Below the pieces are notes generated by a model. It did not search any database and had not been told where the DNA came from. It saw only the letters and a list, made by a program, of their open reading frames with translations. From assembly GCA_002495675.1 (NCBI GenBank), contig DAGH01000021.1:8318-72317 (forward strand): DNA of 64,000 nucleotides, given 5' to 3'. Positions 27,246 through 36,266 of this stretch are shown here, in pieces. Source of the stretch: Euryarchaeota archaeon UBA182. GTDB taxonomy: Archaea > Thermoplasmatota > Poseidoniia > Poseidoniales > Thalassarchaeaceae. The position numbers were made by a program, and so were the translations under genes. Within the stretch, counting starts at the first letter, position 1; the number at the start of each line of letters is the position of its first letter.

Positions 27246-29390
27246 TCATCTCCATGCCAATGCGTCTCTTGGCACAATCGCCACAGATTCACCCTTTACT
27301 CTCCCTGTGACCTCAATTTCTACAATTTCAGGAATTGGGTCCAATTTTAACTGGGACATAATGGTCTGCCCGTCTTTTAAGTCGCCCAACATAACTTCAT
27401 CATCGCTGAATATCGATTCCAATGATATCTCGACAATTTTGGATCGAGTACCGCCAGGGTACGATAACCTAAGGCATGCTAGTTTCCAATCAACTTTAGC
27501 ATGAATGCCGAATGTTAGTATCCCTTCCTTTGCATCATCGAGCCATATCCCAATGTCTCCCATAGGGTTTGAAACCGTGACATTGGTAGTATCCATGTCA
27601 GGCAGGCCCTTTTCAATGAGGAAACTCGCTCTCGATGTGGTTAAACCATGTCCATGAAAACTCTTTAGCGCACCCTCTACATCTCCTTCGGACTCTCTCC
27701 TCCTTAATTCATCCACTATACTCTCGATGGCATCTCTATCAAAAGGATCTACGGGGCCTCTACCGAATATTCTATTGATAATTTCCCTCCTCATGAAGAA
27801 TGCTACCAAGACAGAGGGCGCCAAGAGGAAAAGCCCTGCGAAAATGTAGTAGGGCGTAGCCTTCGAGGAAAGGTCTACAAAAACTCCAGAATCTATAGGC
27901 TGGGATTGGCTTGCAGAAATAAGAAATGAGTAAGCTCCCCCGTCTTGGGGAGACCCCTCAATCCTAATTGCATGGACTCCCATCGGAAGAAATAGTTGAG
28001 ATCCATTGCTTGAATTTTTAATATGGTAAGTCCCTGATTGGGTTAATTGTTGTATCTGTATACTTGCTGACCCAGATTCTGCTACAGCGCGGATTAGTGA
28101 TCCTGACTCGGAACTTATAGAAATTAGATAAGTATCTATCATGTCCATTCCAAACACATCTCCTTGAAGTCGATATGTCGATACATCGGGACCTGATTCA
28201 TTCAAATCAACAGCAATAATAGGCCAATAATCGATATCGGCATTATACGTTGGCAAGATATCAGGAGCGTCACCGAGGTATACTGAATCCCTGCCTGATA
28301 ACAATCCTGAGAAATCAGTTGAGTTTGATGTAAGCTCTATCTCTCCAGAATAGGTCATTGGGACCATCATATGGAATCTAATTTCCAGTGAAATGGCCCT
28401 TGAAGATGTAATTCCATTATTTTGACCGAGATCTTCCGAAACATCGCCGTTCAACAGGTGTTCGTGAATGGAAATGAATGAGTCATTATTTTCAGAGTTG
28501 AGAATCTGAATCTCATAGGTAAAACGACCGCCAGCAGGTATCAAAATAGAATCCACGTCACTTTGTTTATGACTAATTCCTACAAATTTGAAATTGGATT
28601 TAGGCTGATAAATTCTACCCGATGACTGTTTGTGCGTTGATGGGGCGTCTTTTTCATTGTGGGAGACAAATACACTCGCCATGTACACCGAATCTCTTCG
28701 ATCCAGCTCTACTGAAGAAACCACCATCCATATTTCCTCTTCAGAGCCGGCTACTACGGTCAGACCGCTAATTTCATGGATACCATCTTGGAGGGTGCTG
28801 GTTAACCTCTCGATCATTAATCGTGATCCATTGGATGCGATTTTCCAAAATTCAATTATAGCTGGGGCTTCTGATCGGAATTCTTCTATGTAGGTAGAGC
28901 TGTTCGCAGAAATTAACCAATAATCACTATCTCCTCCAGTGTTTAACCATCCAGACATTCTCTTGGTTGTAAGTTTCGACATGTCACATATTGAGTCAGT
29001 GCAACCATCTGTGATGGGCAGACTGTTGTTGAGGCTGGCCGTCGTCAACGAGCTCCCAATGTCCCCTGTCTCATGGATGTAGTCAGGGTCAGAAGTTAAT
29101 ACTCTCGCATGGGCGATTCCAGATGCACCGGGAGCCCTGACAACTCGGTAATCAAGTACCCCCTCTGCATTGCCAGACCACGAAAAACTATCTTCAAAGG
29201 TTGAATTGAATTCTGAAATAACCTCCAATGTATAACCTGAACAACTTCCCTGATCACAAACTAAAGTGATGTAGGTTGGGCCTGATACCAATGCGCTCTG
29301 AACATCAGAGTCTGGGTTTTGGGCGGATGAGATTGGACCGACTAACAATGAAATAACAACAATCACAACCATTGGGACCGCGCATCTCAT
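27246..29390 (-). CDS. Hypothetical type I membrane protein (signal peptide, ~510-aa ectodomain, one TM, ~190-aa cytoplasmic domain)
   Basis: 714 aa. The N-terminus MRCAVPMVVIVVISLLVGPISSAQ reads as a signal peptide. The TM is YYIFAGLFLLAPSVLVAFFM followed by RREI. The ectodomain has several N-x-S/T sequons. No family recognised. Confidence 0.6.
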   Translation of the reverse strand: MRCAVPMVVIVVISLLVGPISSAQNPDSDVQSALVSGPTYITLVCDQGSCSGYTLEVISEFNSTFEDSFSWSGNAEGVLDYRVVRAPGASGIAHARVLTSDPDYIHETGDIGSSLTTASLNNSLPITDGCTDSICDMSKLTTKRMSGWLNTGGDSDYWLISANSSTYIEEFRSEAPAIIEFWKIASNGSRLMIERLTSTLQDGIHEISGLTVVAGSEEEIWMVVSSVELDRRDSVYMASVFVSHNEKDAPSTHKQSSGRIYQPKSNFKFVGISHKQSDVDSILIPAGGRFTYEIQILNSENNDSFISIHEHLLNGDVSEDLGQNNGITSSRAISLEIRFHMMVPMTYSGEIELTSNSTDFSGLLSGRDSVYLGDAPDILPTYNADIDYWPIIAVDLNESGPDVSTYRLQGDVFGMDMIDTYLISISSESGSLIRAVAESGSASIQIQQLTQSGTYHIKNSSNGSQLFLPMGVHAIRIEGSPQDGGAYSFLISASQSQPIDSGVFVDLSSKATPYYIFAGLFLLAPSVLVAFFMRREIINRIFGRGPVDPFDRDAIESIVDELRRRESEGDVEGALKSFHGHGLTTSRASFLIEKGLPDMDTTNVTVSNPMGDIGIWLDDAKEGILTFGIHAKVDWKLACLRLSYPGGTRSKIVEISLESIFSDDEVMLGDLKDGQTIMSQLKLDPIPEIVEIEVTGRVKGESVAIVPRDALAWR

Positions 29391-31248
29391 GACGGTCCCA
29401 GATGCCCCTCACCTTAGAATCCTTCAAGCGATTGATTACCTTCCGTTGAACATGGTCACCATACCATCGTTGGGAAGGACTGTGACCTCGAGGGAGAGGT
29501 TTGCCAGAATCTTCGCAATTGGTGATAGATCCAATCCGAGTGCCTACACCCCCTCAATGGTCTTGATAGATGACGAGGACTCTCTGGAGGTGGCAGACGC
29601 ACCATTCCGTATGCTAAGAGACTCAAGTAAGGCTCCCGCCGAATTAAGAATGAAAACTCGAGCAAATTTATGTCCGCCGTTCGATGACCCAGTGGTATGG
29701 GAGGCAAGTGAAGGCCTTTCCCTCCCACCCAGCTTGATTGAATCAGACGCAGGAATCTTCCCCCATGGTGATGCTTTTCTTCCCGTAACCGCCCAATCTC
29801 TACTTCATGATTCAACTCTCTCTAACCTAGAAGTCGAACCCTCAATCATTTGCTTTGTAGACTCTCTTCAACTCGTAAATAATGATAGTTTATTGATCAA
29901 ATCCTTGGATTCTGTAAAACGGAGATTCCCCTCATCTTTAATCTGGATGCCGGGAATTTCAGGTCCCGATAATTGCTCACTCTTAGCCTGGATGGGTGTA
30001 GACCTAATGGATCTAATTAGAGTAAAAAGAGCATTCTCCAAAGGAATCCATATATCCGCATTCGGACCCAGGAAAATAGACATATCTTTGGATCAGACGC
30101 AGGCTTGGACCAAACAAATACGCTTTTGGAAAGACTCGATCAATGAAACAAGAGAGGCAATTCGTGATGGTAATCTAAGGCGGATTGTTGAAGCAAGCTG
30201 CCTATCAAGCCCACGTTCTGTTCAAAGATTGAGGAGACATGATAATTTCATGTCTGAAATTGCGATAAAAGATCCAGGTAATGCTGGACTTGCATCCTCA
30301 GTATCCCCCGGCACAGTACTCGAATGCAACTCACGAGATACGAGAGATGATCCATTAATTAGGTACTGGCAAGATCGGGTGACCGAGAATTGGAATCCAA
30401 ACCCACACCAATCTAAGATAGCGGTATTACTCCCTTGCTCCGCAGTCAAACCATACAGGAGGTCTCCCAGCCATTCTAGGTTCAGACATGCAATAAATTC
30501 ACGTTCAGTCAGTGAAATAATGATCACTGCCCCACTGGGTATCGTTCCTAGGGACCTAGAAGTGTTGTGGCCAGCCTCATCATACGACATTCCAGTTATT
30601 GGGGAGTGGGATTCTGATGAATTGTACACAATCAAGACCATGATGTCCAGAATAAACTCAAGAGTAGGCTTTGAGGTGGTAATTAATCACTCTGGAATTG
30701 AAATCGAACTAGAGGACACCGTGGTTATCGATACGAGGAAGCTCGATTCGGCAGGCTCTGAGAGTGCTCTGAATAGACTTTCCGAGGCAGTCCGTAAGAA
30801 TGTGGAATCCTATGGACTCAAAGAACCAAAAAGATCTACAGCACTTTTGGAATCTTTTAGGTCAATATCCAGACATTTACTAGGCGGAGATCAATGGCTT
30901 TTGAATGCAAAGATCACGGGTAAAGCACCCGACTACAGGATCATGATAGAATCCGAACAAATCGCATTATGGGATAGCAAAAGAGGTAGATTTGCGTTTT
31001 CAAAGGCTGCATTAGAGGTGCTCAGGCATACAAATCTCATCCCCAAGGTAGAGTTGACCGAGGGCTTCAAATGGTCAGGGGACTTATTTTCTACCAACAT
31101 ATCTAGCTACTCAGGGTCACCGAGAATAGGGGATGACATATTGGTGTACCAAGGGGGGAATTTAGTCGGGTCTGCAAGGGCTGTAGCCCCTGCATGGGAA
31201 TGGCCGACTGCCCCTGGCGCCCTTGCCAGGGCACGCCACAGGGTCTAA
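29389..31248 (+). CDS. arcS: Archaeosine synthase ArcS (TGT paralogue with C-terminal PUA domain)
   Basis: 619 aa. It contains the ArcS signature PC-x3-KPY-x2-S-x2-H as PCSAVKPYRRSPSH (nt 30433-30474). The C-terminal PUA-like segment is GDDILVYQGGNLVGSARAVAP. An alternative start is MVTIPSLG. Confidence 0.8.
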   Translation: MTVPDAPHLRILQAIDYLPLNMVTIPSLGRTVTSRERFARIFAIGDRSNPSAYTPSMVLIDDEDSLEVADAPFRMLRDSSKAPAELRMKTRANLCPPFDDPVVWEASEGLSLPPSLIESDAGIFPHGDAFLPVTAQSLLHDSTLSNLEVEPSIICFVDSLQLVNNDSLLIKSLDSVKRRFPSSLIWMPGISGPDNCSLLAWMGVDLMDLIRVKRAFSKGIHISAFGPRKIDISLDQTQAWTKQIRFWKDSINETREAIRDGNLRRIVEASCLSSPRSVQRLRRHDNFMSEIAIKDPGNAGLASSVSPGTVLECNSRDTRDDPLIRYWQDRVTENWNPNPHQSKIAVLLPCSAVKPYRRSPSHSRFRHAINSRSVSEIMITAPLGIVPRDLEVLWPASSYDIPVIGEWDSDELYTIKTMMSRINSRVGFEVVINHSGIEIELEDTVVIDTRKLDSAGSESALNRLSEAVRKNVESYGLKEPKRSTALLESFRSISRHLLGGDQWLLNAKITGKAPDYRIMIESEQIALWDSKRGRFAFSKAALEVLRHTNLIPKVELTEGFKWSGDLFSTNISSYSGSPRIGDDILVYQGGNLVGSARAVAPAWEWPTAPGALARARHRV

Positions 31249-31307
31249 ACCCCTGCGTAGCGGTTAAAGAGGGGCAGCAGATCGGCTGGAACCGGAGGAT
31301 ACCCATT

Positions 31308-31766
31308 ATGGCGAGGATGCACAGTGGTGGCAAGGGACAAAGCGGGTCAACAAGACCTTTTATCAGCACACCACCAAAATGGTCAGAAACCGACAAGGAT
31401 AACATCGAGTCATTGATTCTTAAGTATTCTAGTGAAGGCAAGTCGACCTCCGAAATCGGCATAATACTTAGAGATCAACATGCGGTTCCAGATGTCAAAT
31501 TAGCCACTGGAGAAAGAATATCCGCCATAATTGCTAGGAACGGCATGAATCCAAATTATCCCGAGGATATGATGAACCTCATGAGGCAAGCACAGAGAAT
31601 AATTGACCACCTAGAATCGGGCAACAGGAAAGATATCCACAACCGCCGCCAACTAGAGTTAACTGAATCTAGGCTTAGAAGACTGGCTAGGTACTACCGA
31701 GACAGCGGTAAAATTCCAGAGGATTGGACTTACAAAAGGGATCAACTGAGGTTGATGATCCAGTGA
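31308..31766 (+). CDS. rps15: 30S ribosomal protein uS15 (S13e type)
   Basis: ORF track starts at 31194, inside the arcS 3' end. The ATG at 31308 gives MARMHSGGKGQSGSTRPF..., the typical archaeal/eukaryotic uS15 N-terminus. The C-terminus has DIHNRRQLELTESRLRRLARYY. Confidence 0.9.
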   Translation: MARMHSGGKGQSGSTRPFISTPPKWSETDKDNIESLILKYSSEGKSTSEIGIILRDQHAVPDVKLATGERISAIIARNGMNPNYPEDMMNLMRQAQRIIDHLESGNRKDIHNRRQLELTESRLRRLARYYRDSGKIPEDWTYKRDQLRLMIQ

Positions 31767-33752
31767 TCAATCCAATCTCAGCGTCACGAAACAGCCTGAG
31801 CAGGTAGTTCGGAACGGTCTTTCAGAGCTGTGAACTACATTTGGCGTGCTGCAACTAGGGCATGTTATTGTGGGCAATGACCTAGCGCCAATACCCTTGT
31901 TTTTGCTGCGTGGCGAGACTAGTGCCACCGGGAAAACTCCAATCAGGCCGGCTGCGCCAACGCCGAACACCAGAGGCAAGTCGAATCCACCAACGTAGAC
32001 TATGAACGACATGAAACCAAACAGCGTCGCTGTGGCAACGGAGGGGGCCCTTATCCTTGTCTTGGTCAGATAAAGTGACAGACCGGCGGTTATCGACATC
32101 ACCAACACAAGTATCAGGGCAGAAACGAGTGGGCTACCTGCCGGAGAAGACGGGGGGTCGTAAGTCACTGAAAATATCAATTCAGGATCTAAATCAGGTT
32201 CATTAAAGGACAATGTCTCTAGGAATATCCACCTTCTATGCTCTACTTCCATGTCACCCGATGATACAGCCCCAAATCCCCCGAGTGCAGATCCCCTCAA
32301 TCCTGCACTCAGATCAATGTTGGTAAACCAGTCAGACTTACCAGGTTGAACGAATGTTCTGACTAGAAACTCTGTGCCTCCATCTATGCCCGGGGTGTAT
32401 CTTGCTTCGATCATTATGGTGACCGATTCCGAAGAGAAAGCCCTGGTTGCTCCGAAGTCTATTGAAACATCTCGCTGGGATAGATCAACGAGATCTGCCC
32501 CGAGAAGAGACTCGATATCCACTCCTAGGCCGTTGCTCATGAATGACCTGATGTTGGACGCTGAGGTCTGCAAGTGCTGGGTTAAAGCGGCACTCTCGGC
32601 ATCATCAACCCTTCCATTGTGTTCCTCGCCCATAGACAAAGAATCTTCGTACGAGTCTAGATTTTTCCACCAAGAGCTTCCACTGAGTGTGTTATTTCCA
32701 ATATTATCCAGCCCCCATCGAATCCATTGTGCCATAGCACCGTCAACAGTTATCTCGAGATCCTTATCGACAATCGATGCACTAGCCCTCCCTGAAATGT
32801 CTATTTCCAAGTTTGTACCTGAATCTCTTTTCGGCTCTTCCTCTGGATACCAATCCCCGGTCCCTCCGTCACCATCAATATCAACTTCATAGGTTCTAAT
32901 CGATTCCAGCGTTGCACCGGGGTGTGGACTCACTCTGAAGGTCACTTGGACCCCTGAGCCAGTGTAAGAGTCAGGCCATTGCCACACGAACACGATCCTG
33001 ACACCATCTTCTATTTCTGTGATTACAGGACTTGTCGACAGGAGTTCGGAACCGACAGTAGCGGAACCTGTACTACGCTTGTTCCAAAGGTCGATCCCGT
33101 AATTCGATCTTATTTCAATGGGGAAATAGGCGATTCCATCATTCGCCGATACATCACCCATTGTTGCCTCGCCAAAAGGAAATTTTGCCAACATACCGGC
33201 ATCTTCTGTATCCCCCCAATAAAATCTGATACCTGCGTTATCACCAGGTGCTGAGAACGACAAAGACTGGACCTCCAGTGTGAAGCGGATTTGGTCTCCC
33301 TCCGAAACCATGCCCGACGAAATCGATATGGGTACTGATAACACGCCATTAGTAACAAGTAGCCCTGGCCCTGACGACCCCGAGTAATAACTTCCCCCGA
33401 TGTTTATTCCTACAGTGGCATTGAATTGAAGACCAGTGGCCCCCTCTATCTCATAGGGAATCTCAAAGGTCCATTCGGAGGCAGGATAATCATCGTCAAT
33501 GGACCACACTGTACTCCACTTTCCTATTTCTATGGCCCCCAACACCGATGGGGTGACGACTGCAGAGTATCTCTGGTCTAGGTTTGAAGCAAAAGGGGTG
33601 AGTCCCCCGGATTGAGCTTCTCCTGTCAAGAACATCTTGAATCCGTCTTGCTCACAGCATGATCCATTATCTTCGGCATTAGAAATGCCTGTAAATGGTA
33701 CCAAAAAAAGCAAAACTAGCACAGCCATGGTCCCCGCGTGCTTCCTTCCCAT
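31767..33752 (-). CDS. Hypothetical secreted/membrane protein with C-terminal TM helices and cytoplasmic zinc ribbon
   Basis: 661 aa. The signal peptide is MGRKHAGTMAVLVLLFLVPFTGISNA. There are three hydrophobic helices near the C-terminus. The terminal CPSCSTPNVVHSSERPFRTTCSGC is CxxC-x16-CxxC. Confidence 0.6.
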   Translation of the reverse strand: MGRKHAGTMAVLVLLFLVPFTGISNAEDNGSCCEQDGFKMFLTGEAQSGGLTPFASNLDQRYSAVVTPSVLGAIEIGKWSTVWSIDDDYPASEWTFEIPYEIEGATGLQFNATVGINIGGSYYSGSSGPGLLVTNGVLSVPISISSGMVSEGDQIRFTLEVQSLSFSAPGDNAGIRFYWGDTEDAGMLAKFPFGEATMGDVSANDGIAYFPIEIRSNYGIDLWNKRSTGSATVGSELLSTSPVITEIEDGVRIVFVWQWPDSYTGSGVQVTFRVSPHPGATLESIRTYEVDIDGDGGTGDWYPEEEPKRDSGTNLEIDISGRASASIVDKDLEITVDGAMAQWIRWGLDNIGNNTLSGSSWWKNLDSYEDSLSMGEEHNGRVDDAESAALTQHLQTSASNIRSFMSNGLGVDIESLLGADLVDLSQRDVSIDFGATRAFSSESVTIMIEARYTPGIDGGTEFLVRTFVQPGKSDWFTNIDLSAGLRGSALGGFGAVSSGDMEVEHRRWIFLETLSFNEPDLDPELIFSVTYDPPSSPAGSPLVSALILVLVMSITAGLSLYLTKTRIRAPSVATATLFGFMSFIVYVGGFDLPLVFGVGAAGLIGVFPVALVSPRSKNKGIGARSLPTITCPSCSTPNVVHSSERPFRTTCSGCFVTLRLD

Positions 33753-33809
33753 GACCGGGCCCCGGCGGGATACTGCTTGAATCCGCCGCTTAAAATCTCT
33801 CAGAGAACG

Positions 33810-35510
33810 CTATCTGTGTAGCCAATGAAGAACTCGACTATCGTCAGACCATTCCATTACCTTTGCAAAGCCATTCCTTTCCATTTGAATGACCTCTCCA
33901 ACGAATAATTCAGTATCTTCGACAACACAGCCCTTACGGACTAGATCAACACCATCTGGCATTACAAGAGTGCAATCCTTTATTGAATCAGCACTTATCC
34001 AATTGATTATTTTTCTATCGTCGCTTTTCTTTGTTGAGATTATCTGGTAATTGTTTTCGACGTTTGAAATGTCGGCAAAATCCTTCAATCTTATTTCGTC
34101 TTCGAGATCTACTCTCTCAATTACCACCCGCCCCGTTTTTGTTGAATGATGCCTATTACCAAGTGATTGGTTATCGGGGTGGAATGGAAGCACGGCCTTT
34201 TCTGGAACATCGCCGGTAATATCTATTTCAACAGGGTCCATAATGACTGAAATACGACGTGATGTTGGATCGATCTTGGCAGAATTAACTGCATTGAGAG
34301 AGTCCAATGATATGGCCACGTCCTTCTGTGTTATCCCCATTTCAGTCCAGAACGATTTGATGGCGTTCGGATGATAACCCCTTTTCCTCATTGACATCAA
34401 TGTTGGAAGCCTTGGGTCATCCCAACCATCGTAAACACCCGAATCTATGCCTTCTCTCATCGTACTTGTTGAGAATGAACCTTGATCATGTATGCTTACT
34501 CGCCCCCAGTACAATGTCTCTGGGTAGGTCCACCCAAAGTGATCGTACAACAGAATTTGCTTTCTGGTCGAGTCCATCAAGTCTTTTCCCCGGATAATAT
34601 GGGTCACACCTTGCTCATGATCCTCAATTGCGCTCTGGAAGTCGAGTAATGGCCATACGTTGTATAAATCTCCGACTACAGGATGGATATTCTTCTGTAT
34701 TCTCCATGCAGGCCAATCCCGAAGGGCTGGATTAGGAAGAGTCATGTCTGTCTTGACTCTAATTATAGCATCACCAGGCTCCTTGCCCCCGTTGAGCATA
34801 ATGCTCCAAAGTTTCAAATTTTCTTCAACTGGCCTATTTCTGTGAGGGCAGGGCACCATCGACATCCTGTGTTTCTTGAACTCATCACTACTGCATTCGC
34901 AAACATATCCATAACCCTCCGAGAGAAGTTTCTCTGCGTACTTGAGGTAGATCGGCATTCTTTCACTAGCCTTGATTGAAATGTCTGGTTTTGAACCAGT
35001 CAACCATTCAAAATCCTCAATTATCCAATCATAAGCTTCGACCAGTGGAGGTTTCACAACTGTGTCAGTATCGTCGAATCTGAGTACTATCTTCCCGTCG
35101 TGATTTTCAACGTAGTGCTTGTTGATAACTACACCTCTGGAATGTCCCAAAGACAGGGGCCCATTCGGATTAGGTGCAAACCTGAGTACCACTCCCCCCT
35201 CGGTATTCTCTAGAGGTTTCAGTCCGGCGTTTTTCTCTTGGCGAACCCGATTAACCGCGCTGGGATCGATGTTTTCAATTTCTCTCCGTACATGATCTGC
35301 CCCGTTTTCATTCATGGATTTGTTTGCATCCATTACTTCTTTGGAAACCAAGGACATCAAATCTTTGGCCTTTGGTCGGAGGTCCTGCCGTTCCGATAAT
35401 AGCCGCCCCAATGTTGAGCCTACTTGCCCCTTTCCATCATATTCTAGAGCGTTTTGAAGAGCATATTTCCTCACTAAGGGTATCACATCATCATCCATTA
35501 GATCGCCCAT
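33810..35510 (-). CDS. gltX: Glutamyl-tRNA synthetase, archaeal/eukaryotic type
   Basis: 566 aa. Class I HIGH region RFAPNPNGPLSLGHSRG. Length and overall pattern match archaeal GluRS (IRGKDLMDSTRKQ, WDDPRLPT). Confidence 0.9.
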   Translation of the reverse strand: MGDLMDDDVIPLVRKYALQNALEYDGKGQVGSTLGRLLSERQDLRPKAKDLMSLVSKEVMDANKSMNENGADHVRREIENIDPSAVNRVRQEKNAGLKPLENTEGGVVLRFAPNPNGPLSLGHSRGVVINKHYVENHDGKIVLRFDDTDTVVKPPLVEAYDWIIEDFEWLTGSKPDISIKASERMPIYLKYAEKLLSEGYGYVCECSSDEFKKHRMSMVPCPHRNRPVEENLKLWSIMLNGGKEPGDAIIRVKTDMTLPNPALRDWPAWRIQKNIHPVVGDLYNVWPLLDFQSAIEDHEQGVTHIIRGKDLMDSTRKQILLYDHFGWTYPETLYWGRVSIHDQGSFSTSTMREGIDSGVYDGWDDPRLPTLMSMRKRGYHPNAIKSFWTEMGITQKDVAISLDSLNAVNSAKIDPTSRRISVIMDPVEIDITGDVPEKAVLPFHPDNQSLGNRHHSTKTGRVVIERVDLEDEIRLKDFADISNVENNYQIISTKKSDDRKIINWISADSIKDCTLVMPDGVDLVRKGCVVEDTELFVGEVIQMERNGFAKVMEWSDDSRVLHWLHR

Positions 35511-35513
35511 GAC

Positions 35514-36266
35514 TTAATCCACCCCCTTCGTCCAGAGAATTGGGTCCAACCCTCGCTGTAAAACAGTACCGTTTGTGGTTCTGATTGGTATAGGAACTGT
35601 ATGGTTTTTTTTCCAAGCGTTCGATGTAGTCGCCCAGGTCCAACGCAGTGAGACGTGCGGGAGATCCCCTCGAGTCAGCTGGTTCAATGCCTCTATCGTT
35701 GTAGGGTCAGATGGATAACCAGAGCCAAGATTAAACCCGAGATTATCGCTTAAGTCTGATATCACCCTATCTCTGTGTTGTTTGGCCACGATTGAGGCCG
35801 CACCTGTGACAACGCACTTGTCATCCATTCCCTTCCTGCTCTCAAAATGTAAGTTCGGTCTTCTGGAATGCAATTTGTTGTACACCTTCATTGCGAATAA
35901 TTTGGGATTATTACCAATCGGATCCAAGTTGACCTTTGCATTTGTGTCCGCCGAAGAGACACTTTTAATTGCCTCAATGAAAGCCTCTTCCTCAATCTCA
36001 TTCAACGACTTGATAGACCTAGATATGTCTATGGATTCTGGGCTGATCGGGATCACACAAACCTTCCAGTCACGTTCTTTCATCGTTTCGAAAATATCCT
36101 TCTCAATCATTTCTCTCTTGGTTTTTGATATTCTCTTTGAATCTCTCACGCCCATTTTGATTAATCTTTGAACATCTTCCTTGGGTATAGCAAGCGAGGC
36201 AACGACCAACGGCCCGATAGCCGGCCCTCTCCCGGCCTCATCCACACCTATCACATAAGAACTCAA
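35514..36266 (-). CDS. rnhB: Ribonuclease HII
   Basis: 250 aa. The N-terminal IGVDEAGRGPAIGPLVVA motif (DEAGRG) and later GAASIVAK and GSGYPSD are present. The start overlaps the upstream gene's stop by 4 nt. Confidence 0.9.
   Translation of the reverse strand: MSSYVIGVDEAGRGPAIGPLVVASLAIPKEDVQRLIKMGVRDSKRISKTKREMIEKDIFETMKERDWKVCVIPISPESIDISRSIKSLNEIEEEAFIEAIKSVSSADTNAKVNLDPIGNNPKLFAMKVYNKLHSRRPNLHFESRKGMDDKCVVTGAASIVAKQHRDRVISDLSDNLGFNLGSGYPSDPTTIEALNQLTRGDLPHVSLRWTWATTSNAWKKNHTVPIPIRTTNGTVLQRGLDPILWTKGVD

Noticed and set aside
31194-31307. 5' extension of the uS15 ORF into the arcS 3' end
   Set aside because: The conserved uS15 N-terminus MARMHSGGKG begins at 31308. The extension overlaps arcS in another frame.
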